Part shown: positions 39,608 through 51,569 of the stretch, one piece after another
Layout: every line of letters starts with the position of its first letter
Numbering within the stretch: the first letter of the stretch is position 1
Assembly (NCBI GenBank): GCA_964016885.1
Contig: OZ024743.1
Span: forward strand, 118,234,001-118,298,000
DNA: 64,000 nt
Direction of reading: 5' to 3'
Origin: Eledone cirrhosa
Lineage: Eukaryota
Notes under the pieces: model-generated
Seen by the model: the letters and a program-made list of their open reading frames with translations, nothing else
What the model was told of the DNA's origin: nothing
The model's database searches: none
Program-made: the position numbers and the translations under genes

Positions 39608-42600
39608 GGCGACCTACGTAGAAAATCGTATTATCGTGAGCTCCGCAAAGGTTTGTTATTTTCAAATTGCCAGTTATGGAAAATGTTTGTTGTTAAGTGT
39701 TTATAAGTTCACATATATTGCTTTCTGAAAGGGACAATCAAAAAGATTGGGACCTTGAGCCCCAAATTTAAACTTTTATAATTATCAAACAAAAACTTTC
39801 TTTTAAAAAAAACATGGACACTTTACAGCCACACGAAGCTGACAGCCTTCCTCACAAACTAACACCTCACACCAACACCACAATTGTAAATTTCCCGCCA
39901 TTACCAATAACTGCAGGTGTTAAAGCCGCTACCCCCACCACCACCACAGCGACAACAGAAAAATAAAAAAAATTATTATCTCGTGACATCGAAATGGATT
40001 TACCCAGAATCGACTCTTCCACGCCGAACACCACTGACGCCACCAGCAGCAGCACCACCACCACCACCACAACTGAAATTAAAATTACAATAACAAAAAA
40101 AAACAATAACAACAACAGCAACAACAACAATGAAAATAACAACAACAACATTAACACCAGCGCAAAACAAAATGTGTCTTTTGCCAAAGCAGCAAAGATA
40201 AGCGAAACAATCGAGGTAAGCCAGGATGAATTAAATGAATCCAAGAGAATGGTAAAAAAAGATGGGTCAGCCTCCCCCCCCCCCCCCACCACCACCACCA
40301 CCACCTAATAAAATGGAGCATCGGCGCCTATGTATCGTGTCATATCGGGCGATAAACACAAAATCACGCCGAATGGAACGGGCATCCGAGTCCAAAATAC
40401 AAAAAGCTTTGGGACATGTGTGGGCGAAAAAAACCAACATCAGACGTGGGCAGAAATATGGAACCGTGGACGTGTTCTTTGGAACACCACAGGAAGCCAG
40501 AGAGCACTCCATGGTCCCATTAAGAAGTGACGACTTCACACACGTCCCAAGCTATTGTGGCCAGAGACTTGTGAAGATCAGGGTGACCCACGTTCCACCG
40601 GCCATCGAAATTCCCTGGATAATGGCTGCCGTCCTCGCCGGCATCGAGGCCAACACGAAAATATTTGAAGTAACAAAAGAAAAGCAGGAGAACTGGTCCG
40701 GATCTGGGATGGAGCTCCTGAGCCAAGCGGACCAAAAAAACATTGAGGAAATTCCAGAGGCGATAGACTTCAATGTCGTAACCACCTCACCGTATTCGTT
40801 GAGGGTAGAAAGTTGAGGTCACCTCTGTTACCCACCCTAGTAACTCAGCCATCAACACCACCAGCTGCAGAAATGGCAGCAACAACTGCAGCAACAAGAA
40901 CAGAAGCAACTGTAGCAGCAACAACCCCAGCAACAGTAGCAAAACTAACACCACCACCACCCACCGCGCCTGAATTAGCACCAGCGCCTCCACAATCCAC
41001 CGCGCCACAACCAAATCCAACGCCTGTGAAGGATTTTCCACTCTCCGACCTATCGCAACTGGAGACAGATTGTGACGACGAGGATTGGGAAACTGTATCA
41101 GGAAAAAAGAAAAAATGAAAAAGAACCCAAAAAAGAAACAATTCTCTTCCTTCCCCCTCCAAAAACAAAATGCAGGGTGAAACAAATAAACAAACAAACA
41201 AAAAAGTTAAGACAGCTATGCCACCATCCACACCAGCATCACCAACCCCGTTCACCACAAACACCAACACCATCACCATCATTAACCCCAACACCATCAT
41301 CACCAACACCACAAAGTCACCAAAAAGCGAAACAAACCCACAACAAACGCAAAAAAAACAAAACAACCAAAACGATACACTCTACACAGCATTAAATTGG
41401 CAGTATAGGTAGAGGGTTGGACACCATGCTTTGACGCATAGAGTTACGTCCCTTGTCATTCTGAGTTCAAATCCCGCCGAGGTTAACTTTGCCTTTCATC
41501 CTTACGGGGTCGATAAAATAATAAAGTACCAGTAATACACTGGCATAATTGCTGACCTTGTGCCAAAAGTAGAAACAATTAAATATGAACAACAAGGAAT
41601 TATTACACTACATCCAACACAACACCAGCATCACATAAAAATACTACACAACACCCCAAAAATTCACACCACCTCCACACATACAAATCACTCGCATCAC
41701 ACAGAAAACGTACACGACACTAAAGCAAAGGTTCCCCAAGGACGTCGGAGACTTCCGACAAACACTCTCCAGGAGGATTTATAAAGACATCCTTCCGGAG
41801 GAGGCCACAAGCAGTGAGAAGGATGGAAAAACAATCCTCCCCCTACGAGAAGTGAGGTAAGTGGTCTTTCCCATCTTTTTCCAATCCTTTTCAACATGAC
41901 CTCACTCAGAATAGGCAGCATAAATCCGCGTGGCCTTGGTTCGTCATGGAAGCAGGGCCACCTGCTCAACGACCTCAGGTCACTAAACATAGATGTAGTG
42001 GCCATCAGCGCGACCAGAATCTCCGAAACACGGGGCTTCGCACCGATCATCGGCGGCTACGATGTGTACGCATCTCCCAGCCGTCCTGGATCGGTGGGTG
42101 GATTTGCTGTGCTCTTTTGGAGAGTTTGGGTCTCGCCATACGGGCTATCTTGCTGGACCTAGAAGGTAAGTTGGTGGTGTTGGACGTGACCAGCGGAGAT
42201 GGGCAAGCTTTCAGGCTAGTGGCTGTCTATGCGCCGAAAGGAGCAGGGCGGCCTGATGTCTTCCGGCGTCTGGAGACCTTTCTTGGAACGTCCCGCTCTT
42301 TAGTATTACTTGACTGGAACGGGATCTTAGATGCACGCTGGGACTGTGTGCGATTAGCGGATAGGGGAGGAGGGTGTAAAAGCCTCGCAAACCTGCTCCG
42401 GCAATTTCAACTATCTGACAGGTACCGTCTGGATTTCCCGCATGTGCCAATGTGGACATGGACAAACCGCATCGGGTCATCCAGATCATATCTAAATAGA
42501 GTATTTTGTAGGGAAATAGATAGGTATAGTATAGTCTGTCCACATTTCAAAATAGTCGACTACACGGACCACAAATTCGTGATCTGTGAATTTGACTTAG

Positions 42601-45509
42601 ATAAGTTTCACAGACAGCGCGCAAGGCCTACAGAAACCAGATTAGTGAACTAGTTAAGCGGGCGTTGACGGGGACCATCGTCACAACAAATGGTGGTTTG
42701 CTCTGAAAAGAGCGATTAGAATAGAATCCATTAGGTTTAGTAAGGCTTTAGCAATAGAGAAAAATAGAGCAGTGGGAGAACTAATTAGAAAATTAGACGA
42801 GGCGCTTAGCAAAGGCATCGCGACCGACGTACTTGCGGCGAAATTGGCATTTGACCAATTCTTCAATGCAAAGAACGAAGGCTGCGTTGTCAGAGCTAGG
42901 GTGCGTGCTCTCAGACACGAGGGTACGAAAGCCGTTCAATGGGCCCGAGTGTCGGAGGCACGTCGTGTCAACAAAGCCACGGTCCGGTCTTTGGTGGACC
43001 ACGACGGGCGCATGCTACTCGATCCCAGGCAAATGTGTGAAGTTTTTTAGCGACACTTCACTCAGCTGTTCGGAGGCAGCGGCGCGCCGGATCGAGGGAT
43101 GGACTTTAGTGCCTACCTCGAAGGATTGCTGCGGCTCTCGCCCACGGAGGCGGAGTGTTGCGATAAGCCGATAACAGCTGCTGAAGTACGGGAGGCAATG
43201 ACTGGCTTCACGAGGGTAAATCGCTTGGTTTGGATGGTCTGCCCTATGAACTTTACGTACAGATTCCAGACTTGTTCCGACGCCTCTTGGCGGACGTCTA
43301 CTGCAACTGGCAACAGAACGGGAGAATTCCCAGCTCTGTGAGCCGGGGAGCGGTGGTGCTATTGAGAAAGGATCCGAACAAGGGGGATAACATAGATAAT
43401 TTCAGGGCCATGACTCTGCTAAAGACAGAGTTCAAGATTTTGGCCAAGGTGCTAGCAAAGAGTTTGGCGGTTATCGTTGGTGGTCTGGTGGGAGAGGCGC
43501 AGACATGCGCCATTCCCGACAGATCCATCTACGACAATCTCCACCTCATGCGATACATCGTAGAGAGGGTAGCTAGGGAACCTGGCACGGGTGGGTCCTT
43601 GATCAATTTAGATCAGTCGAAAGCTTCCAATAGGGTCGACCATCATTATCTGGCGGCAGTCCTGAAGGCGGCTAGCTTTGGGCCCGTCTTCAGTGGCTGG
43701 ATCGCTGCCATGCACAGCGACATCTGCTTTGTGGTGAGAGTGAACGATCACCTTTCGGAACCGTTCAACATCATGCACTCGGTCCGCCAAGGATGTCCCC
43801 TCTCGTCCCTCTTGTACGCATTGACTCTCGAGCCATTACTGCACAAACTGGAGACGTTGAGAGGGGTCGCACTTGAACTAGGATGCGGAAGATCCGTGTC
43901 AGCATATGCGGACGATGTCACCGTAGTGGTGTCGAACGCCAAGTACATCGAGGCGATCGGCACTACACTAAGAGAATACGAAGCGGTGACAGGAGCAATG
44001 ATCAACCAGGAAAAGTCGGTGGGCCTGCAACTCTTGTACCTGGAGAGGCAGATCCATGCCGTCCAACAGCGTCGTCAGGCGCTGGATGGATGGACAGGTT
44101 AAATTGCTAGGGGTCTGGTTCAGTCCGGACCTCCAGACGGACAAAATCTGGGACGAGGTGAGGATCAGGCTGGCTTCTCTCAGAGAGGAAGCTATCCCTG
44201 AAAGGTCGAGCGGAGGTGGTGAATGCGTACATCGCGTCCGTCATCTACCACCGCCTAAGTAACGTGCTTTGTCCTAAGCCTTGCCTGACTGCGCTGGAGC
44301 GTTTGCTCTTTCGCTTTTTATGGAAGGGACGCGCTCCGATCGTCAGGCCGTCCATCTGCTGTCAACACCCGCTACGTGGAGGGCTAGGCATGCCGTGGCT
44401 GATGATTCGCAGACACGCGCTCAGGCTACGACATCTCCACCTCTTCCTCGACGGTGATCAGGTGTGGTCGCCGTTTGCTAGATGCGTCTTCCCCAGCTCG
44501 TCTTCTTCGCGGAGCTGCAGTCCTGGGTGAAGCGAAGACCAAGAGGGAGCGCTTGGAGACTGGAATGTTTGAGGCGCTCACAGCCCTCAACCAATCGGGC
44601 AATGTGATCGGTGGAAACTCCACCTTGGCGTTCTATAGAGGATTAGTGGAGGGGAAGAGCGACGACGTACTTGGGGAAACTCTAGGCGTCGACGAAAATC
44701 AACTAGCCAATCTCTTCGGAAGAATTTTTGGGCCGGGGCCTATGGACAACTTCCATAAATCCTTGGCCTGGCAGTGCTACCGAGGAGCTTTGCCACTTCG
44801 GGATAAACTCTACAGGCGTAGAGGTGCCGTCACCCGGGCATGTCAGAGATGCGCGCAGGGAGACGAAACAGTCCTGCACGCACTCGTCCAGTGTCCGAGC
44901 ATTGCTGAGTTGTGTGTTTATGTCGAACACCTGCTGTCACGTGTAGGACGGATCCGGCTTTCATCGTGAGGATTGCCCCGCCCTCCTCATTTAGCCGGGA
45001 AGGGCAGGCAATTTTTATCTGCCTGCTGGCCATGGCGAAAGAGATAGTATGATGGACGCGTTTGAAAGGGCTGAAGACGAGCACTTACCTCTTCGATGAT
45101 GCCCTGATTAACTTTTTCAAATTTCCTTTAAACCGGAAAATGAGTGTAGAGAGAAAAGTGCTCTCTTCCCAGTATTTTGTTGAAAGATGGGTGAGAGAGG
45201 CAAGAATGGCCCGTGTGAATGAGCCTACTCTGAGTATGTGCCTGTAAATTGAAGGTGGAAAACTGGGAGAGGGCATTTGCCCTGGTGGTAAGGGTCACCG
45301 AGGCTTTTTTTTAATGGGCTTTCTCCACGATGGCCCTCGGAAGTCCCCCCGCTATTGGGGAATTTTTCATTGTTTCTTTTTTTGTTACTTCCTCTGTTTG
45401 TTTTTTTTTCACGCAGAAATTCCCATTTGTACCGTCCTGTATTGTCCTGTATTGTACTGTACTGTCCTTAATGTCTACTTTGTGAAAACCCTTGTGGTTA
45501 ATAAAGAAA
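39608..45509 (+). mobile_element. Decayed Tx1/L1-clade LINE (copy 2) with divergent 5' UTR/ORF1
   Basis: ORF1 remnants (KYGTVDVFF, PSYCGQ); ORF2 from 41896 (MTSLRIGSIN) with QGCPLS and YADD, ending 45247; 3' UTR and AATAAA. Confidence 0.9.
41396..41584 (+). mobile_element. SINE inserted within Tx1 copy 2
   Basis: Slightly 5'-truncated short-subfamily SINE; candidate TSD attaaat (41391-41397, 41578-41584). Confidence 0.9.
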
Positions 45510-48192
45510 GGTATAGTAATTTTTAACCGCTATAACAATTGTAAATTGTTTAAAACTTTAACAAAATTGTAGATAAAAACACCCTGCTCCTCCTGAGAAG
45601 GGTGTTTCTGCCCGTTATTTGGCCCTTCAGGGTTAAATAACTGCTTATTGGGGTTTTGTGCCCAATATTCATTTTAAACCAAAAAAAAAAACATGGCTAC
45701 AAAAAAGAATGTTCACAAGTCACTCCCACTCATTCCGTATTCTTCTTCCTCAATCGTCACTACATCAGAGAGAAGATTGTCTCTCTCCCTCCCCTCTAGA
45801 AATGTGGTGTCGCAGCAACAACAAAAGTAACAGCAACTCTGACGACAACAACAACAACATCAAGAAAGAAAAACCAATCTCGTTTGCAGGTATCGCAAAG
45901 AACATGGAAACCATCCTTATAACAAATGAGGAATTATAGGAAGCAAAGAAAATGGTGACAAAAACCGAACACCGAGCAATCTGCAAGGCAGCCGAAACAT
46001 TTTTCGAAACCCAACAGCACTGTACGGTCACGTACCGTACAGTAAGCACAAAATCACGTAGGGTTGAAAGAGCCACAGAGGTCTGTGTGGCAGCGGAAAA
46101 GGCATATCACCCGAGGCAAGAAATATGCCACCGTGGACGTGCTTTTTGCCACAACCCAGGAGGCAGAGGCTCAATCCTTAGTGACCCCAAGGAGCGAGGA
46201 AATGGTGTTGGTGCCCTCCTACTGCGGGCAAAAAATTGTGAGGGTCAAATTGTCCCACGTCCCCCCCCCCCCCCCGGGATGGTCCCTTTGTGGCTGGCTA
46301 CGTCTGTCCTCGTCGGAATCAAGGACAAAACAACGGTACTGCAAGTACAGAAAAAAGTACGAGAAGATTGGGTCGGCTTCTCCATTGAGATATTAATCCA
46401 AACCAACCAGGAGTGCTTCGAAGCTATCCCGGATGTGATAGACTTCGATAACGGCACTCAACTGCCCATAAGTGTTGAGGGCAAACTGCCGAAATGCTTT
46501 CGCTGTGGATCGAAGACTCACCTCAGGGCCTTCTGCAATGAGAAGACCCTGAGAAAGGAGAAAACCCCCCTTCTTCCGAAACCCGTTCCACTGCTACCAG
46601 CAACAGGACAGGCGGCAAGCAGGGAGGATAGATCCGTGGCACCCATACCCACGCCACGGAAATCAAAAACAGCAGTAGCAGTGGAAGTAGTAACAACAAC
46701 AACAGCAATACCAACTGCAGCTGCAGCAGAGACTCCACTGCAAACATCACCAACAACAAGTGAAAGAGTGGAATGGTACCCCTCCCCGACCTCACAGAAT
46801 CGGACATGGAGTGTGAGGTGGGAGAGGAATGGCAAATGGTCGCAAGAAGGCACACACGCAGAAGCAGCGCATCGTCGCCTTCGAAAAGGGAGGAAAGAAA
46901 TGAAAAAAGGGTAAAGGCTACTGCAAAAAGACTTACAGCAGCAACACCACCAACACCATCACCACGCACACTAGCACCACCATCGCCACCGCAAACAACA
47001 ACAACACCTTCAACACCACCACCATAAGCACCAACATCGCAAACACAACAAACAAAACACACACACCCAGCAACAACGACAGAAAATACCCCACCCCACC
47101 CCCAGAAAAACAAATGCACAGCAATAAATACACACAACAAGAAACTAATGACAGACATAATTGAACACACAGACATTTCACAAGACGACTACATAATACC
47201 AGCACCAATAAAAACACCAACGAACATAAGACTGGTAAGAATAGCACAGAAACAATACACAAACATTGAGTATATCCGAATATACTCTCCGGTTGAGTGT
47301 CCCCTAGGGGGGACACTCAACCGGAGAGTATATTCGGATATACTCACAGAAGAGCCGACGTCTAGCCGAAGGGACGATTCAACGGTCCCTTCACCAGACG
47401 ATCAAGTGAAAAGGGATGGAGAAACCATCCTTCCTCTACGAGAAGTAAGGTAAGTGGTCTTTCCCATCTTTTCCACTCCATTTCAACATGACCTCACTCA
47501 GAATAGGCAGCATAAATGCGCGTGGCTTGGGTCGTCATGGAAGCAGGGCCACCTGCTCAACGACCTCAGGTCACTAAACATAGATGTAGTGGCCATCAGC
47601 GAGACCAGAATCTCCGAAGCACGGGCCTTCGCACCGATCTTCGGTGGCTACGATGTGTACGCATCTCGCAGCCGTCCTGGATCGGGGGGGTGGGGGGGTT
47701 GCTGTGCTTTTTCGGAGATGTTTGGATCTGGCCATACGGGCTATCTTCCTGGACCCAGAAGGTAAGTTGGTGGTGCTGGACGTGACCAGCGGAGACGGGA
47801 AAGTTTTCAGGCTAGTGGCCGTCTATGCCCCGACATGAGCAGGGCGGCCTGATTTCTTCCGGCGTCTGGAGACCTTTCTAGGAACGCCTAGTGTTAATGG
47901 GCGACTGGAACGGGATCTTAGATGCACTCTGGGACTGTTTGGGATTAGCGGATAGGGGAGGAGGGTGCAAGAGCCTCACCAACCTGCTCAGGCGTTTTGA
48001 ACTGTCTGACCGGTACCGATTGGATTTCCCGAATGTGCCAATGTGGACTTGGACAAACCGTATCGGGTCATGCAGATCATATCTAGATAGAGTATTTTGT
48101 AGGGAAATAGATGCCCATTTGTACCGTCATGTATTGTTCTGTACTGTCCTTAATGTCTACTTTATGTAAACCCTTGTGGTTAATAAAAAAAG
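45508..48192 (+). mobile_element. Internally deleted Tx1-like element (copy 3): ORF1, partial APE and 3' UTR, no RT
   Basis: Colinear with copy 1 from 22587 to 25557, then jumps to its 3' UTR (28506); (ATT)n tail 48193-48225. Confidence 0.9.
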
Positions 48193-48509
48193 TATTATTA
48201 TTATTATTATTATTAATATTATTATGTGTTATTATTGTTATAAGGATCAAGTTGATGATGATGACGATGATAATGAGGATGATGATAGTGTCGCTATATC
48301 AGGAAAGAATCGAAGTGTTTGCCGCATAGTGAATTTAGAGAACATGAAAAGATTTGACAGCAATAACAGCAATAATTTCAAGTCAAACATTCATATATAT
48401 ATAAATATATACATACATAAATATGCTCGCACATACATATACACCCACACACCTACACCCACACACACACAGCCACACCCACACCCACACATATATCTAG
48501 AAGATGACT

Positions 48510-48744
48510 GAGTTGGTGTCATTGGTTAGCATTCCAGAAAATAATGATAATCAATGTAGTGGTGTGTGTGATTGAAAGGGTGTTTGTAAATACACACACA
48601 CATATACATATATATATATATATATGTGTGTGCGTGTGTGTGTGCTGTGTGTTAGTGTTTGTATGTATAAACAGTCGTTCAATGACACACACCACTACAT
48701 TGATTTGCATTATTTTCTGGAATGTTAACCACTCGCACCACCTC
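48510..48744. mobile_element. Foldback/MITE-like inverted repeat with a microsatellite centre
   Basis: tggttagcattccagaaaataatg..aatcaatgtagtggtgtgtgt..ttgaa is mirrored at about 48677-48731. Confidence 0.65.
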
Positions 48745-49289
48745 TGTTATCTTCCATTTTGTTGAGAGCCGAAAATGTTGATCCTGTCAGACAGCTAAAC
48801 GTAATTATACCATGAAGATTCCCATTTGAATGGGCATATTATTTCCTCGAAAATGTAGAGATTGTTTTTATCTTTTCAAAAGAAGGATGAGCGATATCTT
48901 AATTTTCTCGTAGTTGTTACTGCTGTTATTATAACCATTATTGTCGTTGCCGTTGTTTCTCAAGTTTTACAGGCCACCTGTAAAGAAGCACGTCTTCTTA
49001 CATTGCTAGTGAGATAGATGTGTGCATATATGTGTTCGTGTAACTCCTATAGAAATATATTTTTCTTTCCTTTTTTCATACAAACAAAAGAGGTATTCAA
49101 TCATTTGAATCCATTTGAACAATATAGTAAGATATTTTAGATATTTGCTTCTTTGATAGATATGTCTGAAATACGTACGAAAGAAGGATATATACGCAGA
49201 AAACATGCGTATATATATATCCAGCGAATTTCGGACCGTTAAGTTGTGATTTCCATGGGTATGTCATTATTTATAAAACAAATTTTGTA

Positions 49290-49350
49290 TTTTATCTGAT
49301 GTAAGCGCACCAAGATGGGGTTGGTCGCCCTTGAAATATATATAATAAAA
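49290..49350 (+). ncRNA. Degenerate minimal hammerhead ribozyme motif (same family as 12870)
   Basis: ttttat-CTGATGt-aagcgcaccaa...ttggtcgccctt-GAAA-TATATA-TA-ataaaa; upstream gggtatgtcat is shared with the 12870 copy. Confidence 0.55.
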
Positions 49351-49518
49351 TAAATATGGTTTTATAAATATAGTTTCCATTTATTATCTTGGAATATTTG
49401 CTCCAGTAACTTGTTGAGCGCTCTATATTAGTTATAAACATCTATGTTTGTCTGAATTCCAACAAATTAAATATAACTCCTACATATATATATATATATA
49501 TATAGGAGTTGTATTTAA

Positions 49519-49643
<125 letters not shown>

Positions 49644-49736
49644 ACGTACATCTATGGGTGCGCGAAAACAAGTACGTGTATACATGTATACATACTGTCA
49701 TTATTGTTTTTGTTGTCGTTATTACTATCATTACAA

Positions 49737-49809
49737 GGGTGGTGGATTGGCAGTATCGGTAGAGAGTCGGAAACCATGCTTTGAAGCATAGAGTTACGGT
49801 CCTTTACGG
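49737..49809 (+). mobile_element. SINE 5' head only, ending before the B box
   Basis: gggtggtggattggcagtatcggtagag...gagttacggtcctttacg. Confidence 0.85.
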
Positions 49810-50260
49810 GCAGAGGAAAGGAATATAAACAAACACAGGGGATTGTCCAACCACTTCCTCTTGGCAGTGGTCACCCTCGAGACCTCAGGCGTATTGGATC
49901 CCGTACTGCCGAGCTCCTCCGCAAAATCGGAACGTCAGCAGCCCGACTGAGGAAGGAACCCCGCAAAGTGGGGTGGCTGTTACAGTGAGTGTCACTGGCC
50001 ATTGTACGCGGGAATGCTTTCGCGGTTTTGTCCGCCTGACACAGCCCCAATAACGCCGTGCCCTAGGCTAAGAGCCCATAGCCCTCCACCTTACCCCATT
50101 CTTCTGTGTCACTAGAGCCTTTCCTTTCCCTTCCTTTTCTGTTCTTATATCTGCTTAATTAACATTCCATTCTTTCTTCTCAATCTATTTTTTTCTTTTT
50201 CTATTAAATTGTATTTACTATTATAAGCATAAATACGGAAGCACTATATTAGAAAAAAAA
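49810..50260 (+). mobile_element. 3' fragment of a CRE-like RLE non-LTR retrotransposon
   Basis: Translates (one frameshift, one stop) to AEERNINKH..F..V.LETSG..LLRKIG...EPR..WLLQ*VSLAIVRGNA, matching the CRE-clade C-terminal pattern ET.G...QR.S.A..RGNA; pyrimidine-rich 3' UTR; 3' limit uncertain. Confidence 0.65.
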
Positions 50261-50411
50261 TGTCCAGCTCACATACCAACACATACACACGCACACGCAT
50301 GAATGGATACACGCTCATGAAAATACGTGTATATGTACGCAGAGAAGTAACCTTCGGATGCATTCAAACAGTTACATACACCCACATACACGAAAAAATA
50401 AGGGCATTGCT

Positions 50412-50458
<47 letters not shown>

Positions 50459-50460
<2 letters not shown>

Positions 50461-51175
50461 CTACTTTTCCCATCTTGACGTTATAGTCGCATATATGTTA
50501 TAGAATGCCGTTAGCTTCTTGCTAAAACAATCTCTATACCTCTCATTTATATTTATACTCGGATTCTTTTCCTAGAGTGCTTAAACTATCTGTGACTAAT
50601 CTCGGTTTTTTTCATAAAAACTGTGATAATTACTGCTATTTTGCTGAACTCCTTTGTAGAGTTTTTTTTTCAGAATGTATTTGACTGCTATTTCTTGTAA
50701 ATAAACATTCACTTCCATCCTGACGTCACTAGCCCCGTTTTTTCCTCATGTGCTTTTTCATAAATACACATGAAGGCGAACTAGCCAGTTTTAGAATTCC
50801 CTTTTTCGGATTATATTACTGTGAGAGCCCTGGTTTCTGTTGAGCTCTGCTGATGAATGAAATTCCAACCGTGACCATCTCCACTGAAAGTTTTCATGAA
50901 ATAGTCTTTTAAGACTATACAGAGCATTTGATGTTATTCCAAATTGAAGGATAAGTGTTTCAAACTTTATTTTATCATGAGTTAAAGGTCTATAGATTTT
51001 TCCCTGGATTTTACTAAATTCTGTGGATGAATTTATATCCTGATTCTCTTTTGAGATGAGTTTGAGTTATTTTTCCTAAATCTTTCGTTAACTACTTTTC
51101 CCATCTTGACGTTATAGTCGCATATATGTTATAGAATGCCGTTAGCTTCTTGCTAAAACAATCTCTATACCTCTC

Positions 51176-51181
<6 letters not shown>
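50459..51181 (+). mobile_element. Non-coding element with identical about 90-bp terminal direct repeats, embedded in (TA)n
   Basis: ctacttttcccatcttgacg...atacctctcatttatat at 50461 and 51092; (TA)n immediately on both sides. Confidence 0.7.
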
Positions 51182-51221
<40 letters not shown>

Positions 51222-51569
51222 GCATTACAAATCACAATAAACATTATATATTTTGTTGAATCGCTAGAGCATAACGATAATGGAGTCGGTTGCATAACTT
51301 ATATGGTTGACCCTGAACCAATACTCTGCGAACCGCGCGTAAGAGGTCGATAATCACAAAAAAAACTCAATAAATGTAAACGAATGTTCATCGTTTTTCT
51401 TAATATCTAACTAGGTAAATATGTATGCTTGTGTGTGTTTGCTTGTGTGCATGTATGGATATTATTGTATGTGTGGATTTCTTATGCTTTGAGTTATATG
51501 TGTGCACGTGCATATGTTTTGTATCTATATATGCAGTTATTATATTCAGAATCTTTGGAATGGTTTAAA

